DNA from: Lingula anatina
Taxonomy: Eukaryota > Animalia > Brachiopoda
Length of the DNA: 64,000 bases
Direction: 5' to 3'
NCBI GenBank assembly: GCA_051362555.1
Contig: CM120642.1
Location: 21,452,001 to 21,516,000, forward strand
Positions within the stretch are counted from its first letter, which is position 1. Every line of letters starts with the position of its first letter. Below the pieces are notes generated by a model, which was not told the DNA's origin, ran no database searches, and saw only the letters and a program-made list of their open reading frames with translations. Below, piece by piece: positions 29,784 through 43,100 of this stretch. The position numbers were made by a program, and so were the translations under genes.

Positions 29784-32099
29784 TACCGTACTGCACATTT
29801 TGCTTTCACCACCAATATGTACTTTTTGATAGCGTAACTTGAATACCGTTTGGAAAACAAAAAAACGGAGACCACGTTCAGTGTTGGGCTTTACATGCTC
29901 TACAAAATGCAAAAAAGAATGGGTCTCTAGCATTAACGGTTCCCGAATTAGAGACAGTTTTCAGTTTCGGCATCTTATGGAAGTTACTCCAGTGAAAATG
30001 CACCGATTGACCCCAAATTCACGGAGATGAAAGATGACCTGAAGGGTAACACTTTCCAATAATATTATTGGTTAAGTCTGTGTGGTGTCTGAATAACAGG
30101 GCAAAAAATTTTTTTTTCATAAAAAATATTATTTTTTTGAAAATTTTGGCCCGTTTGACCTTGAAGTAAAGGTCAAAGGTCAAATCCAAGGGCATATTTG
30201 AAATCTACACATATGACTTTTGGAAAGCCGTCTGTAGAAATTTTTCCCATAACCCCTTCGGTAGGGTAGATAATTAGCATTTAATTTTGCCATTTTTGGA
30301 CAAGGGTGCATTGCAATGAGTGCCACACCCAGACCCCAATACCGGCAAAGCCCAAATTTTACGTGGAACGAGCTGAGATTATAGGTGACCTAAATCCAAG
30401 AGATGGGTATGGGGGCCCTTACCGTCTAGGAGGAGAAGCGGTAACGGTAGCCGTCCGGCGGTGCCGGCGGAGCCGGCGGAACAATCCGGACGAGACCGAA
30501 ACCATATGTACCGCCAGCGCTAACGCTGGTGGTACAATAATTTTCACAAATCTTGTCCAATATTTGTGAAATTTGGACAGATGATGCATAACAATAATAA
30601 AAATCTGTGATAAGCTCATCAGTTGACTATATCTCATGAAAAACATTTTTCAGAGCATATAAATGTGAGAAAAATGAAAATGACATTGAAAAGACTGCAA
30701 AATTCCATGGCTTAAAATAGTTAAACGTTAATAATTTTCACAAATCTTGTCTAATATTTGTGAAATTTGAATAAATGATGCATAACAATAATTAAAATCT
30801 GTGATAAGCTCATCAGTTTACTGTGTCTCATAAAAAACATTTTTGAGAACATATAAATGTGAGAAAACTGAAAATGACATTGAAAAGACTGCCAAATTCC
30901 ATGGTATCAAATAGTTAAACATTAATATTTTTCACAAATCTTCTCCAATATTTGTGGAATTTGGAGTGATGATGCTAAACAATAATAAAAATCTGTGATA
31001 AGCTCATCAGTTTACTGTGTTGCATGAAAAAGGAAAGTTTGGACAATAAAATTGAGAAAACTGAAAATGACATTGAAAAGACTGCCGAATGCGGTGCCTT
31101 AAAATAGTTAAATGTTAATAATTTTCACAAATCTTGTCCAATATTTGTGAAATTTGGACAGATGATGCATAACAACAATAAAAATCTGTGATAAGCTCAT
31201 CAGTTGACTGTGTTTCATGAAAAACATTTTTCAGAGCATATAAATGTGAGAAAACTGAAAATGACATTGAAAAGACTGCCAAATTCCATGGCTTAAAATA
31301 GTTAAACGTCAATAATTTTCACAAATCTTGTCTTATATTTGTGAAATTTGGATAGATGATGCATAACAACAATAAAAATCTGTGATAAGCTCATCAGTTG
31401 ACTGTGTCTTATGAAAAAGATTTTTTTTGGACAATAATGTTGAAAAAACTGGCATAAAATAGTTAAACGTTAATAATTTTCACAAAACTTGTTCAATATT
31501 TGTGAAATTTGGAGAGATGATGCTTAACAATAACAAAAATCTGTGATAAGCTTAACAATTGACAGTATGTGATAGAATTGTAGTTGTTTGACATTTTGTA
31601 TGCGAAGAGTGAGAATTATCTACAATATTTTTTTTTCAATTTCACATCTAATTAGACTCACATTAAACATCAAATATTATGATTTGAGTTTGTTTGTGTA
31701 AGAGGTGACAAATTACCCATAACTGTCCTCTGGAAAAGAATATATACCCATTTAAGACATCTCCTTACTACCAATACCAGATGCAGATTCCTCCTTACAA
31801 TCGGTTTCTGGAATAGGGTTTAGCACACCATTTGACAATGTTCTAAAGCTTGCCATATGCCATCTATTGTACACATGGATGAGACATAGCATTGCTCTTA
31901 CTGTTGTCTTTTGCTGTCAGTTTTTTCTATTAGAATTAGCCCTGACCAGACAGGAAGAATCAGTTCACCAAAAAAGCCATCACGCTGTATGGAAAAGGTC
32001 ACCTGGAAAAACAACAATATGTTTGATAAAAGTAAAAATTAAATTCTAAAAATTGACAAATTTCCCACACTTAAATAGTTGAACAATAATTTTGATAAA

Positions 32100-35000
32100 C
32101 TTAACCTAAACAGTTGACTATGTCTGATAAAAAGGATATTTTCAGAACATATAAATTTGAGAAATACTGAAAATGACATTGAAAAGACTGCCAAATGCGG
32201 TGCCTTAAAATAGTTAAATGTTAATAATTTTCACAAATCTTGTCCAACATTTGTGAAATTTGGACAGATGATGCATAACAATAATAGAAATCTGTGATAA
32301 GCTCATCAGTTGACTGTGTCTCATTAAAAATTTTTTTTTTTGGACAATAAAATTGAGAAAATTGAAAATGACACTGAAAAGACTACGAAATGTGGTGCCT
32401 TAAAATAGTTAAACGTTAATAATTTTTACAAATCTTGTCTAATATTTGTGAAATTTGGATAGATGATGCATAACAACAATAAAAATCTGTGATAAGCTCA
32501 TCAGTTTACTGTGTCTCATAAAAAACATTTTTGAGAGCATATAAATGTGAGAAAACTGAAAATGACATTGAAAAGACTGCCAAATTCCATGGTATAAAAT
32601 AGTTAAACATTAATATTTTTCACAAATCTTCTCCAATATTTGTGGAATTTGGAGTGATGATGCTAAACAATAATAAAAATCTGTGATAAGCTCATCAGTT
32701 TACTGTGTCGCATGAAAAAGTTTTTTTTGGACAATAAAATTGAGTAAACTGAAAATGACATTGAAAAGACTGCAAAACGGGTGCCTTAAAAAAGTTAAAC
32801 ATTAATATTTTTCACAAATCTTGTTCAATATTTGTGTAATTTGGACAGATGATGCATAACAATACTAAAAATCTGAGATAAGCTCATCAGTTGAATGTGT
32901 CTCATGAAAAAGAATTTTCAGAGCATATAAATGTGAGAAAACTGAAAATGACATTGAAAAGACTGCCAAATTCCATGGCTTAAAATAGTTAAATGTTAAT
33001 AATTTTCACAAATCTTGTCCAATATTTGTGAAATTTGGACAGATGATGCATAACAACAATAAAAATCTGTGATAAGCTCATCAGTTGACTGTGTTTCATG
33101 AAAAACATTTTTCAGAGCATATAAATGTGAGAAAACTGAAAATGACATTGAAAAGACTGCCAAATTCCATGGTATAAAATAGTTAAACATTAATATTTTT
33201 CACAAATCTTCTCCAATATTTGTGGAATTTGGAGTGATGATGCTAAACAATAATAAAAATCTGTGATAAGCTCATCAGTTGACTGTGTCGCAAGAGAGAT
33301 TTTTTTTGGACAATAATTTTGAGAAAACTGAAAATGACACTGAAAAGTTGACTGTGTTTCATGAAAAACATTTTTCAGAGCATATAAATGTGAGAAAACT
33401 GAAAATGACATTGAAAAGACTGCCAAATTCCATGGCTTAAAATAGTTAAACGTTAATAATTTTCACAAATCTTCTCCAACATTTGTGGAATTTGGAGTGA
33501 TGATGCTTAACAATAATAAAAATCTGTGATAAGCTCATCAGTTTACTGTGTCTCATAAAAAACATTTTTGAGAGAATATAAATGTGAGAAAACTGAAAAT
33601 GACATTGAAAAGACTGCCAAATTCCATGGTATAAAATAGCTAAACATTAATATTTTTCACAAATCTTCTCCAATATTTGTGGAATTTGGAGTGATGATGC
33701 TAAACAATAATAAAAATCTGTGATAAGCTCATCAGTTTACTGTGTCGCATGAAAAAGTTTTTTTTGGACAATAAAATTGAGAAAACTGAAAATGACATTG
33801 AAAAGACTGCCAAATGCGGTGCCTTAAAATAGTTAAATGTTAATAATTTTCACAAATCTTGTCCAATATTTGTGATATTTGGACAGATGATGCATAACAA
33901 CAATAAAAATCTGTGATAAGCTCATCAGTTGACTGTGTTTCATGAAAAACATTTTTCAGAGCATATAAATGTGAGAAAACTGAAAATGACATTGAAAAGA
34001 CTGCCAAATTCCATGGCATAAAATAGTTAAACGTTAATAATTTTCACAAATCTTGTCTAATATTTGTGAAAATTGGATAGATGATGCATAACAATAATAC
34101 AAATCTGTGATAAGCTCATCATTTTACTGTGTCTCATTAAAAATATTTTTTTTGGACAAAAAAATTGAGAAAATTGAAAATGACACTGAAAAGACTACAA
34201 AATGCGGTGCCTTAAAATAGTTAAACGTTAATAATTTTTACAAATCGTGTCTAATATTTGTGAAATTTGGATAGATGATGCATAACAACAATAAAAATCT
34301 GTGATAAGCTCATCAGTTGACTGTGTCGCATGAAAAAGTTTTTTTTGGACAATAAAATTGAGAAAACTGAAAATGACATTGAAAAGACTGCAAAATGCGG
34401 TGCCTTAAAATAGTTAAACGTTAATAATTTTCACAAATCTTGTTCAATATTTGTGTAATTTGGACAGATGATGCATAACAACACTAAAAATCTGAGATAA
34501 GCTCATCAGTTGAATGTGTCTCATGAAAAGGAATTTTCAGAGCATATAAATGTGAGAAAACTGAAAATGACATTGAAAAGACTGCCAAATTCCATGACAT
34601 AAAATAGTTAAACGTCAATAATTTTCACAAATCTTGTCCAATATTTGTGAAATTTGGACAGATGATGCATAACAACAATACAAATCTGTGATAAGCTCAT
34701 CAGTTGACTGTGTTTCATGAAAAACATTTTTCAGAGCATATAAATGTGAGAAAACTGAAAATGACATTGAAAAGACTGCCAAATTCCATGGCATAAAATA
34801 GTTAAACGTTAATAATTTTCACAAATCTTGTCTAATATTTGTAAAATTTGAATAGATGATGCATAACAATAATTTAAATCTGTGATAAGCTCATCAGTTG
34901 ACTGTGTCTCATTAAAAATTATTTTTTTTGGACAATAAAATTGAGAAAATTGAAAATGACACTGAAAAGACTACGAAATGTGGTGCCTTAAAATAGTTAA

Positions 35001-38000
35001 ACGTTAATAATTTTTACAAATCTTGTCTAATATTTGTGAAATTTGGATAGATGATGCATAACAACAATAAAAATCTGTGATAAGCTCATCAGTTTACTGT
35101 GTCTCATAAAAAACATTTTTGAGAGCATATAAATGTGAGAAAACTGAAAATGACATTGAAAAGACTGCCAAATTCCATGGTATAAAATAGTTAAACATTA
35201 ATATTTTTCACAAATCTTCTCCAATATTTGTGGAATTTGGAGTGATGATGCTAAACAATAATAAAAATCTGTGATAAGCTCATCAGTTTACTGTGTCGCA
35301 TGAAAAAGTTTTTTTTGGACAATAAAATTGAGTAAACTGAAAATGACATTGAAAAGACTGCAAAATGCGGTGCCTTAAAAAAGTTAAACATTAATATTTT
35401 TCACAAATCTTGTTCAATATTTGTGTAATTTGGACAGATGATGCATAACAATACTAAAAATCTGAGATAAGCTCATCAGTTGAATGTGTCTCATGAAAAA
35501 GAATTTTCAGAGCATATAAATGTGAGAAAACTGAAAATGACATTGAAAAGACTGCCAAATTCCATGGCTTAAAATAGTTAAATGTTAATAATTTTCACAA
35601 ATCTTGTCCAATATTTGTGAAATTTGGACAGATGATGCATAACAACAATAAAAATCTGTGATAAGCTCATCAGTTGACTGTGTTTCATGAAAAACATTTT
35701 TCAGAGCATATAAATGTGAGAAAACTGAAAATGACATTGAAAAGACTGCCAAATTCCATGGCTTAAAATAGTTAAACGTTAATAATTTTCACAAATCTTC
35801 TCCAACATTTGTGGAATTTGGAGTGATGATGCTTAACAATAATAAAAATCTGTGATAAGCTCATCAGTTTACTGTGTCTCATAAAAAACATTTTTGAGAG
35901 AATATAAATGTGAGAAAACTGAAAATGACATTGAAAAGACTGCCAAATTCCATGGTATAAAATAGTTAAACATTAATATTTTTCACAAATCTTCTCCAAT
36001 ATTTGTGGAATTTGGAGTGATGATGCTAAACAATAATAAAAATCTGTGATAAGCTCATCAGTTGACTGTGTCGCAAGAGAGATTTTTTTTGGACAATAAT
36101 TTTGAGAAAACTGAAAATGACACTGAAAAGTTGACTGTGTTTCATGAAAAACATTTTTCAGAGCATATAAATGTGAGAAAACTGAAAATGACATTGAAAA
36201 GACTGCCAAATTCCATGGCTTAAAATAGTTAAACGTTAATAATTTTCACAAATCTTCTCCAACATTTGTGGAATTTGGAGTGATGATGCTTAACAATAAT
36301 AAAAATCTGTGATAAGCTCATCAGTTTACTGTGTCTCATAAAAAACATTTTTGAGAGAATATAAATGTGAGAAAACTGAAAATGACATTGAAAAGACTGC
36401 CAAATTCCATGGTATAAAATAGCTAAACATTAATATTTTTCACAAATCTTCTCCAATATTTGTGGAATTTGGAGTGATGATGCTAAACAATAATAAAAAT
36501 CTGTGATAAGCTCATCAGTTTACTGTGTCGCATGAAAAAGTTTTTTTTGGACAATAAAATTGAGAAAACTGAAAATGACATTGAAAAGACTGCCAAATGC
36601 GGTGCCTTAAAATAGTTAAATGTTAATAATTTTCACAAATCTTGTCCAATATTTGTGATATTTGGACAGATGATGCATAACAACAATAAAAATCTGTGAT
36701 AAGCTCATCAGTTGACTGTGTTTCATGAAAAACATTTTTCAGAGCATATAAATGTGAGAAAACTGAAAATGACATTGAAAAGACTGCCAAATTCCATGGC
36801 ATAAAATAGTTAAACGTTAATAATTTTCACAAATCTTGTCTAATATTTGTGAAAATTGGATAGATGATGCATAACAATAATACAAATCTGTGATAAGCTC
36901 ATCATTTTACTGTGTCTCATTAAAAATATTTTTTTTGGACAAAAAAATTGAGAAAATTGAAAATGACACTGAAAAGACTACAAAATGCGGTGCCTTAAAA
37001 TAGTTAAACGTTAATAATTTTTACAAATCGTGTCTAATATTTGTGAAATTTGGATAGATGATGCATAACAACAATAAAAATCTGTGATAAGCTCATCAGT
37101 TGACTGTGTCGCATGAAAAAGTTTTTTTTGGACAATAAAATTGAGAAAACTGAAAATGACATTGAAAAGACTGCAAAATGCGGTGCCTTAAAATAGTTAA
37201 ACGTTAATAATTTTCACAAATCTTGTTCAATATTTGTGTAATTTGGACAGATGATGCATAACAACACTAAAAATCTGAGATAAGCTCATCAGTTGAATGT
37301 GTCTCATGAAAAGGAATTTTCAGAGCATATAAATGTGAGAAAACTGAAAATGACATTGAAAAGACTGCCAAATTCCATGACATAAAATAGTTAAACGTCA
37401 ATAATTTTCACAAATCTTGTCCAATATTTGTGAAATTTGGACAGATGATGCATAACAACAATACAAATCTGTGATAAGCTCATCAGTTGACTGTGTTTCA
37501 TGAAAAACATTTTTCAGAGCATATAAATGTGAGAAAACTGAAAATGACATTGAAAAGACTGCCAAATTCCATGGCATAAAATAGTTAAACGTTAATAATT
37601 TTCACAAATCTTGTCTAATATTTGTAAAATTTGAATAGATGATGCATAACAATAATTTAAATCTGTGATAAGCTCATCAGTTGACTGTGTCTCATTAAAA
37701 ATTATTTTTTTTGGACAATAAAATTGAGAAAATTGAAAATGACACTGAAAAGACTACGAAATGTGGTGCCTTAAAATAGTTAAACGTTAATAATTTTTAC
37801 AAATCTTGTCTAATATTTGTGAAATTTGGATAGATGATGCATAACAACAATAAAAATCTGTGATAAGCTCATCAGTTTACTGTGTCTCATAAAAAACATT
37901 TTTGAGAGCATATAAATGTGAGAAAACTGAAAATGACATTGAAAAGACTGCCAAATTCCATGGTATAAAATAGTTAAACATTAATATTTTTCACAAATCT

Positions 38001-41000
38001 TCTCCAATATTTGTGGAATTTGGAGTGATGATGCTAAACAATAATAAAAATCTGTGATAAGCTCATCAGTTTACTGTGTCGCATGAAAAAGTTTTTTTTG
38101 GACAATAAAATTGAGTAAACTGAAAATGACATTGAAAAGACTGCAAAATGCGGTGCCTTAAAAAAGTTAAACATTAATATTTTTCACAAATCTTGTTCAA
38201 TATTTGTGTAATTTGGACAGATGATGCATAACAATACTAAAAATCTGAGATAAGCTCATCAGTTGAATGTGTCTCATGAAAAAGAATTTTCAGAGCATAT
38301 AAATGTGAGAAAACTGAAAATGACATTGAAAAGACTGCCAAATTCCATGGCTTAAAATAGTTAAATGTTAATAATTTTCACAAATCTTGTCCAATATTTG
38401 TGAAATTTGGACAGATGATGCATAACAACAATAAAAATCTGTGATAAGCTCATCAGTTGACTGTGTTTCATGAAAAACATTTTTCAGAGCATATAAATGT
38501 GAGAAAACTGAAAATGACATTGAAAAGACTGCCAAATTCCATGGCTTAAAATAGTTAAACGTTAATAATTTTCACAAATCTTCTCCAACATTTGTGGAAT
38601 TTGGAGTGATGATGCTTAACAATAATAAAAATCTGTGATAAGCTCATCAGTTTACTGTGTCTCATAAAAAACATTTTTGAGAGAATATAAATGTGAGAAA
38701 ACTGAAAATGACATTGAAAAGACTGCCAAATTCCATGGTATAAAATAGTTAAACATTAATATTTTTCACAAATCTTCTCCAATATTTGTGGAATTTGGAG
38801 TGATGATGCTAAACAATAATAAAAATCTGTGATAAGCTCATCAGTTGACTGTGTCGCAAGAGAGATTTTTTTTGGACAATAATTTTGAGAAAACTGAAAA
38901 TGACACTGAAAAGTTGACTGTGTTTCATGAAAAACATTTTTCAGAGCATATAAATGTGAGAAAACTGAAAATGACATTGAAAAGACTGCCAAATTCCATG
39001 GCTTAAAATAGTTAAACGTTAATAATTTTCACAAATCTTCTCCAACATTTGTGGAATTTGGAGTGATGATGCTTAACAATAATAAAAATCTGTGATAAGC
39101 TCATCAGTTTACTGTGTCTCATAAAAAACATTTTTGAGAGAATATAAATGTGAGAAAACTGAAAATGACATTGAAAAGACTGCCAAATTCCATGGTATAA
39201 AATAGCTAAACATTAATATTTTTCACAAATCTTCTCCAATATTTGTGGAATTTGGAGTGATGATGCTAAACAATAATAAAAATCTGTGATAAGCTCATCA
39301 GTTTACTGTGTCGCATGAAAAGGTTTTTTTTGGACAATAAAATTGAGAAAACTGAAAATGACATTGAAAAGACTGCCAAATGCGGTGCCTTAAAATAGTT
39401 AAATGTTAATAATTTTCACAAATCTTGTCCAATATTTGTGATATTTGGACAGATGATGCATAACAACAATAAAAATCTGTGATAAGCTCATCAGTTGACT
39501 GTGTTTCATGAAAAACATTTTTCAGAGCATATAAATGTGAGAAAACTGAAAATGACATTGAAAAGACTGCCAAATTCCATGGCATAAAATAGTTAAACGT
39601 TAATAATTTTCACAAATCTTGTCTAATATTTGTGAAAATTGGATAGATGATGCATAACAATAATACAAATCTGTGATAAGCTCATCATTTTACTGTGTCT
39701 CATTAAAAATATTTTTTTTGGACAAAAAAATTGAGAAAATTGAAAATGACACTGAAAAGACTACAAAATGCGGTGCCTTAAAATAGTTAAACGTTAATAA
39801 TTTTCACAAATCTTGTCCAATATTTGTGAAATTTGGACAGATGATGCATAACAACAATAAAAATCTGTGATAAGCTCATCAGTTGACTGTGTTTCATGAA
39901 AAACATTTTTCAGAGCATATAAATGTGAGAAAACTGAAAATGACATTGAAAAGACTGCCAAATTCCATGGCATAAAATAGTTAAACGTTAATAATTTTCA
40001 CAAATCTTGTCTAATATTTGTAAAATTTGAATAGATGATGCATAACAATAATTTAAATCTGTGATAAGCTCATCAGTTGACTGTGTCTCATTAAAAATTT
40101 TTTTTTTTGGACAATAAAATTGAGAAAATTGAAAATGACACTGAAAAGACTACGAAATGTGGTGCCTTAAAATAGTTAAACGTTAATAATTTTTACAAAT
40201 CTTGTCTAATATTTGTGAAATTTGGATAGATGATGCATAACAACAATAAAAATCTGTGATAAGCTCATCAGTTTACTGTGTCTCATAAAAAACATTTTTG
40301 AGAGCATATAAATGTGAGAAAACTGAAAATGACATTGAAAAGACTGCCAAATTCCATGGTATAAAATAGTTAAACATTAATATTTTTCACAAATCTTCTC
40401 CAATATTTGTGGAATTTGGAGTGATGATGCTAAACAATAATAAAAATCTGTGATAAGCTCATCAGTTTACTGTGTCGCATGAAAAAGTTTTTTTTGGACA
40501 ATAAAATTGAGTAAACTGAAAATGACATTGAAAAGACTGCAAAATGCGGTGCCTTAAAAAAGTTAAACATTAATATTTTTCACAAATCTTGTTCAATATT
40601 TGTGTAATTTGGACAGATGATGCATAACAATACTAAAAATCTGAGATAAGCTCATCAGTTGAATGTGTCTCATGAAAAAGAATTTTCAGAGCATATAAAT
40701 GTGAGAAAACTGAAAATGACATTGAAAAGACTGCCAAATTCCATGGCTTAAAATAGTTAAATGTTAATAATTTTCACAAATCTTGTCCAATATTTGTGAA
40801 ATTTGGACAGATGATGCATAACAACAATAAAAATCTGTGATAAGCTCATCAGTTGACTGTGTTTCATGAAAAACATTTTTCAGAGCATATAAATGTGAGA
40901 AAACTGAAAATGACATTGAAAAGACTGCCAAATTCCATGGCTTAAAATAGTTAAACGTTAATAATTTTCACAAATCTTCTCCAACATTTGTGGAATTTGG

Positions 41001-43100
41001 AGTGATGATGCTTAACAATAATAAAAATCTGTGATAAGCTCATCAGTTTACTGTGTCTCATAAAAAACATTTTTGAGAGAATATAAATGTGAGAAAACTG
41101 AAAATGACATTGAAAAGACTGCCAAATTCCATGGTATAAAATAGTTAAACATTAATATTTTTCACAAATCTTCTCCAATATTTGTGGAATTTGGAGTGAT
41201 GATGCTAAACAATAATAAAAATCTGTGATAAGCTCATCAGTTGACTGTGTCGCAAGAGAGATTTTTTTTGGACAATAATTTTGAGAAAACTGAAAATGAC
41301 ACTGAAAAGTTGACTGTGTTTCATGAAAAACATTTTTCAGAGCATATAAATGTGAGAAAACTGAAAATGACATTGAAAAGACTGCCAAATTCCATGGCTT
41401 AAAATAGTTAAACGTTAATAATTTTCACAAATCTTCTCCAACATTTGTGGAATTTGGAGTGATGATGCTTAACAATAATAAAAATCTGTGATAAGCTCAT
41501 CAGTTTACTGTGTCTCATAAAAAACATTTTTGAGAGAATATAAATGTGAGAAAACTGAAAATGACATTGAAAAGACTGCCAAATTCCATGGCTTAAAATA
41601 GTTAAACGTTAATAATTTTCACAAATCTTCTCCAATATTTGGGGAATTTGGAGTGATGATGCTAAACAATAATAAAAATCTGTGATAAGCTCATCAGTTC
41701 ACTGTGTCGCATGAAAAAGTTTTTTTTGGACAATAAAATTGAGAAAACTGAAAATGACATTGAAAAGACTGCCAAATGCGGTGCCTTAAAATAGTTAAAT
41801 GTTAATAATTTTCACAAATCTTGTTAAATATTTGTGTTATTTGGACAGATGATGCATAACAATACTAAAAATCTGAGATAAGCTCATCAGTTGAATGTGT
41901 CTCATGAAAAACATTTTTCAGAGCATATAAATGTGAGAAAACTGAAAATGACATTGAAAAGACTGCCAAATGCGGTGCCTTAAAATAGTTAAATGTTAAT
42001 AATTTTCACAAATCTTGTCCAATATTTGTGAAATTTGGACAGATGATGCATAACAATAATTAAAATCTGTGATCAGCTCATCAATTGACTGTGTCTCATG
42101 AAAAACATTTTTCAGAGCAAATAAATGTGAGAAAACTGAACATGACACTGAAAAGACTGCCAAATTCCATGGTATAAAATAATTAAACGTTAATAATTTT
42201 CACAAATCTTGTCTAATATTTTTGAAATTTGGACAGATTAAGCATAAAAACAAAAATCTGTGATAAGCTCATCAGTTGACTGTGTCTCAAGAGAGATTTT
42301 TTTTGGACAATAATTTTGAGAAAACTGAAAATGACACTGAAAAGTTGACTGTGTTTCATGAAAAACATTTTTCAGAGCATATAAATGTGAGAAAACTGAA
42401 AATGACATTGAAAAGACTGCCAAATTCCATGGCTTAAAATAGTTAAACGTTAATAATTTTCACAAATCTTCTCCAACATTTGTGGAATTTGGAGTGATGA
42501 TGCTTAACAATAATAAAAATCTGTGATAAGCTCATCAGTTTACTGTGTCTCATAAAAAACATTTTTGAGAGAATATAAATGTGAGAAAACTGAAAATGAC
42601 ATTGAAAAGACTGCCAAATTCCATGGTATAAAATAGTTAAACATTAATATTTTTCACAAATCTTCTCCAATATTTGTGGAATTTGGAGTGATGATGCTAA
42701 ACAATAATAAAAATCTGTGATAAGCTCATCAGTTGACTGTGTTGCATGAAAACTGAAAATGACATTGAAAAGACTGCCAAATTCCATGACTTAAAATAGT
42801 TAAACGTCAATAATTTTCACAAATCTTGTCTTATATTTGTGAAATTTGGATAGATGATGCATAACAACAATAAAAATCTGTGATAAGCTCATCAGTTGAC
42901 TGTGTCTCATTAAAAATATTTTTTTTGGACAATAAAATTGAGAAAACTGAAAATGACACTGAAAAGACTGTAAAATGTGGTGTCTTAAAATAGTTAAACG
43001 TTAATAATTTTCACAAAACTTGTTCAGTATTTGTGAAATTTGGAGAGATGATGCTTAATAATAACAAAAATCTGTGATAAGCTTAATAATTGACAGTATG
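32100..43100. repeat. Core-free monomer block with a 2783-bp higher-order repeat (~14 monomers including one truncated monomer)
   Basis: An identical ORF occurs at 33190, 35973 and 38756 (period 2783), then at 41152 (2396, about two monomers shorter). The deletion junction GACACTGAAAAGTTGACTGTGTTTC recurs at ~33340, 36120, 38905, 41300 and 42335. Confidence 0.92.

Larger units (their letters stand above)
28221..30536 (-). mobile_element. Non-autonomous Helentron/HINE (DINE-1-like Helitron) 'family A', ~2316 bp
   Basis: Inserted at a TT (minus strand) with no TSD. 5' palindrome TGTACCGCCAGCG-CTAA-CGCTGGTGGTACA (30507-30536). Subterminal inverted repeat TTGTACCACCAGC (28257-69 vs 30525-37). 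GC-rich microsatellite-like stretch at ~30450-30480. 3' hairpin GAGGCG-ATAC-CGCCTC (28235-50) and a terminal CTAGT. Confidence 0.9.

Noticed and set aside
30306-30646. GC-rich ORFs (87 and 75 aa)
   Set aside because: They span the HINE microsatellite and terminus and run into satellite; not coding.
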